Assembly: GCF_001194135.2 (NCBI RefSeq)
Contig: NC_068981.1
Coordinates: forward strand, 134,837,169-134,901,168
DNA from: Octopus bimaculoides
Lineage: Eukaryota
Length of the DNA stretch: 64,000 nucleotides
Reading direction: 5' to 3'
This document shows, in pieces, positions 59,330 through 64,000 of the stretch (its first letter is position 1; each line of letters opens with the position of its first letter). The notes beneath the pieces were generated by a model. The model did no database searches. It saw nothing but the letters and a program-made list of their open reading frames with translations, and had not been told where the DNA came from. The position numbers and the translations under genes were made by a program.

Positions 59330-61682
59330 CTACTGCTTTATGCAGTTGAATGATGTATTGTGAAGAAGTTGAACTTTTGTGTCTCCTGTTAATTTCAGGA
59401 TCTCTTAAGGGGAATATACTAATATTGTTTCCTATTGCCTGCTTCAGATCAAAGAGAAGGCTTAAATTCAGCATGGCAAATAATTGAAATATTTGGTTTT
59501 TATATACAGTAATCTCGCTATTCATTGCAATGAGTTGCACTTACCTATGGTATCTATTTATGGCTAGGTGTATGGAGCTAGCAGTAGCTAGTGTCTTGAC
59601 CTGTAACAAGATAATCACTGTTTGTTCTTCAGCTGGTAGTCCTACGTGCTCTCTATTCAGCCAGCTGCAGTTCTCTCTTTATAGTATGTCTGAAAAATAA
59701 CTTATTTTTATACTTAACAATAGCTTGGATATTTTAAAACTAGTACATCAAATACTTTTAAAATATCAGTCCTGGTTCTGTACATCCACTAACTGCAGGT
59801 TAGAACCTGTGTTTATGCAGTCTTCATCTGTTGTTGCTGTTTATTCTAACCAATGAATTCCTACTATATAACAGAATTAAATGTGTGTGTGTGTGTGTGT
59901 GTGCATATGTGTGCATGTGCATGCACTTGCCTCCATTGAGAAGATGAATGTAACCTCTTAAAGGCCTCACAGTGTATTTCACTCAGAACACAATTCTGAA
60001 ACATTAACTACAGCCTCATTTATATATTTTTTACTATAATTCAGCTCTCTTTCAATTAATTAATGAAGGCCAAAGCTAAAACTGTAACCACAAACTGAGA
60101 CTGCATCTGCCTTCTCTTGTTTATAACATGATTAGTTTGCCATCTAGACATCTGCCTGCATTACAATAGCTTTGTCAGAAGAGAAACTTGGTTGCAATTG
60201 ACAATTTTTTTCTGTCCTACTCCCTTAAAAAATGAAAGAAAACAGCCACTAAAAGTAGATTCAAGTTAGTTAAAGTTGTATGCATTTTGTTTATCCCAAA
60301 TTGGTTTTAATGATGGAAAGTTTTTGCTTGAAGATTAATACAAGTGTATAAATGCTACTCAGAAAAAATACATATTTCTTGTAAATATAACAATTTACAA
60401 AAATAATTAACTGTAAGAGTTTTTTTCTTTCTTTTTTTTTTTCTTTTTATTTTAATCAATCCAAAGTAGAATACGAAGTGTATACTAAGCACTTAAAAAT
60501 TTATCATACATTCCCTTTTAATGTTTCAAAAGTTATTAAACACATAGCTCTCAACTGCATTTCTTTGTTTAAATTTCAATATCTTGTAAGCAATTATTTT
60601 CTTCTTGAAAATTAGAAATTAAAATTAATGGAACACAATTGGAAATTCTCTCATCATTTGTAGCATTAATTTAGACCAACAAAGAAATACAGTCTTCATT
60701 ACAACATTTCTTCTTCATTGAAGTAACAATGAGTAAATTTCGAAACCTTGCAAAGTAGTGCCATTTCTTGTTTTGTCATTATCATAACACAGACATCAGT
60801 ATCCTAAATCAGAATAAATCAAGATGCATATAAAGAAAAACTGATTGCAGAAATTATTGTAAATAGCAAAAGTCAATATGAATACTATTTTATTGTTCTT
60901 ATATGTTTTTTTAGTTTTTATATATACATATGTAACTTGTTTCTTACAGCCTGGTCATAGTACTGTTAACAACCAAATAAGTATAAAATAACAAAGAGAA
61001 AAATTATATATTTCCTTTTCCTCTTGTGTGTGCGTGTGTAAGGGTGAACATATCCAATGTTAAGTAAATTTATCATTCAGAAACCTTTATTTCTACTGCT
61101 TTTGTGTGAATTTTTCATTCCATTTTCTTATTAATAGCTTTTTTGGATTTTTTTCTATTATATTAAAGAACATTTAAATAAACAATTCCATTGTTTTTAA
61201 TATTTTGATGTAAAAAAAAAACTGTAGTTACACTTTTTTAATAACTGGTGTAACTAGATCAACATACATGTACAATACACAAACACACAATTTTATTATA
61301 TTTTTTTCTTTCTTTTTTAAGTATGCTATATCAGTAGTTATTGTGTATATATATCATGAGATTTTTTTTTTGTGTTATTTTTTTCTTAATATTTTTCTCT
61401 TTTTCAGTAATAAAAATCCTTCCTTTTAAACTGCCAAATAAACACCAAGTTCTTACAAGGATCCCATTAAAAATGTAACATCTCCCTCCAATTTCACTGG
61501 TTCCCATCTGTATCCACTGTTGCAAATTCTTCAGCAAGGACCAGTAGATTACAGATACACTTGCACTAATCTTTCTCTGATCTTTAATACAAAAAGAATA
61601 TCGCATAGTAACTGATATGCCATGAAAACTAGGCAGAAACACACGTTAGAACGGCGTCACAGATTATCATTTAAATTTGGGT

Positions 61683-61733
<51 letters not shown>

Positions 61734-61843
61734 TACGTACACACATATATATATATATATATATACATATAGCTTTGCATATATATATTTAAGTTAAAAT
61801 TACAATGTTTATATATATTTATGTATGTATGTATGTATATATA

Positions 61844-63112
61844 CAGAGTGCAGTGAATAAATTGTCATCTAAATTACACAAAAGTGAAAATAACACCGAC
61901 ATTGCATTTTAACAGATATATTTACCAAAATTACATAAAAATATCCTGAAATACTAAAGAGTAAATTTATTCAATAGAATCGCCATTGGCTTCAACCAAA
62001 GCCTCCAGACGACTTCGGAATCTCCCGCAACTCTTCTGGAGTTGGTGAATGCTGTCATATTCCTTGCCTTCAGTTCATCTTTGCTGTTACAAGGAGTTTT
62101 GTTTGTCTCTCGCTCAACTGCACCCCACACATAATAATCAAGGGGGTTGCAGTCTGGGGAGTTAGGTGGCCAGATGTTAGGGATGATGTGGTCACAGAAA
62201 TTATCTGACAGCCATGAGTGGGTTCTCCTGCTTGTGTGGCATGGTGCAGAGTCTCGTTGCCAGACACAGGGTCCTCCAGCAGCTAGCCTCTTGACCCAGG
62301 GCAGCACTACCTCCTCCAAGCATTTGATGTAGGCCTCCATGTTAAGTCTGAGGCTGTGTGGGAAGATGAATGGAGGCATAACAGCACCATCACTAGTGAT
62401 CACTCCAAACACCATGATGTTGACTGGATGTTTGATTTTTATCACTCTCAGTACATGTTTTGGGGACACAACAAGTTAACGGTTGTTTTGTGTGTTCACT
62501 ATCTGATCCAGGCAGAAATTTTTCTTCTCTGAGAAAAACTTAAGCATGTTCGGTTGGAGGGGATGCTTGAGTTTGTTCAAAAGCTTCGTAACGCGGTCTT
62601 TCCTCTTGACCTTGATGGCTTGGGATAAAAATTTGGCCTTTTCTCATCTTGTATGAGGAATATTGAATGTCTTCATGCACTACCTGCCTGATAAGAAAAT
62701 CAGACACTCTCATGTCCCTGGCAATAGACCTGGTTGACTTGGAGGGATCATTGTCAATCATGGCCTGAATCTCACCAACAAATTCAGGAGTTCTTTTCTT
62801 ATCGGAGTGAGTTTTCCGAGCTGCCATACCTTTGTAATCACTGTTAGACTTATCCAACTCTTTCTGAATCCTCTGCACTCTTCTCAGACTGATGCCCAAA
62901 CACTCTGAAATGTTTGTATTGGAGCTTCTGGCACAAATGCTAAGCTGTACAGCATATCATTTGCAAATTTCTAGCAGAGTGAATTGCCTCATGATGCGGT
63001 TTGTCTCGGACGATGCCCAACTGACCCTACTATATTGGGTAGTCAACAAAATCAAAAACAAACTGTATGAAATTAAAATATAAAATGGCAACAATTTACC
63101 CATTGCACCCTG
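61844..63112 (-). mobile_element. Full-length DD37D (maT/Bmmar1-type) transposon, transposase pseudogene about 61954-62992
   Basis: TA TSDs; imperfect TIRs CAG(G/A)GTGCA(A/G)TG..TAAATTGT; QRD-SAPCHTS...WPPNSPDCNPL-D gives 37 residues between the 2nd and 3rd Asp. Confidence 0.92.
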
Positions 63113-64000
63113 TATATATAATTATCTACATGTGTGTGTGTGTGTGTGTGTATTTATATATATATATATATATTGTGTAATTTTAACTTTGTATTTAAAT
63201 CTTCAGACTCTTATAACCAAAGGTCATTTTTTTTCAGATAACAGTATACTATGAAGGTGAAATTTAATTATATAAAAATTTAGACATATTGGATTGTGGG
63301 AGTTAAAAATATAGCACTAACCAACTAGTTTCTGTTACTGACTGTTTTTGAGTCGTTTCTAACCATTAATTAATAAACCGAATTAAAGTTAGATTAGTGT
63401 CTACAAATTTTCACTCATGTACCATGTGGCTTATTGTACAGCCACCATATAGCATCTACCTCAGTTTTAAGTGTATATGTTCAAGAAATATACTCTCTTC
63501 AGACAATCGCACCCCTGTAGTGGTGGACTTCCCAAACATATATATATATAATCTTTCTTATTTGCTTTCCAAATTCTTATTGTTTAGTCCACTACTCAAG
63601 TATTTCTGATTATTGATTGTAGAGTAGCAGCAATAGTACAGTTAGTAGAGAGCTATGTTGGATGCTTCACAATACCTTTAGTTCGGTACCTCAGGGTTCT
63701 GAGTTCATATCTCGCCAAGGTCAAATTTGCCATTCATTCTTCTGGTATCTGTAAAATACGTGTCAGAAAGAAAGACATTCGATTCAATCCACTACAAACC
63801 ACTCCAATTTCCTCAACATATTTGGCTTTCGGCCTAGTCGAAATCATTGATCACAAGTTGCCTCCCATGAGTTGTTAAACCTATTTCAATACGTCAGCTT
63901 TTTGTAATAAAGTTATGTGAAAAGCGAAGTGCAAATGTTTTCTGTTCAGATTTTTTCCACTTTGACACAGGGAAAAGGAAAACTTGCTTTCTTCACATAT

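Noticed and set aside
59151-59540. 129-aa minus-strand ORF as a gene
   Set aside because: Contains a (CAA)n-derived poly-Thr run, has no recognisable domain, and starts just inside a putative intron.

Overview
AT-rich, microsatellite-laden animal genomic DNA with three N gaps. The repeat landscape suggests an octopus (coleoid cephalopod); this is inference from recognition, not a database match. The window holds the last 12 coding exons (6261-51682, + strand, 761 aa, all GT-AG, phases consistent) of an SLC4 anion exchanger of the Na+-independent AE1-3 type; its 5' exons lie upstream of the window. Introns are packed with tRNA-derived SINEs, LINE fragments, a full-length Hsmar1-like mariner, and piggyBac-type and hAT non-autonomous elements; a full-length DD37D (maT) element and two Tc1/mariner-type MITEs lie downstream of the stop codon. 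The most striking signal is a hammerhead-ribozyme system. Two long intronic palindromes (8511-9004, 45092-45439) each carry two minimal type-I hammerheads of the Penelope-like-element (PLE) kind. In the first, the ribozyme unit has a tRNA-derived Pol III head and runs directly into the N-terminus of a decayed PLE ORF, suggesting a tRNA-headed pLTR or a PLE-partnered ribozyme SINE. Every intact sense-strand ribozyme inside the gene is preceded by its own antisense copy.
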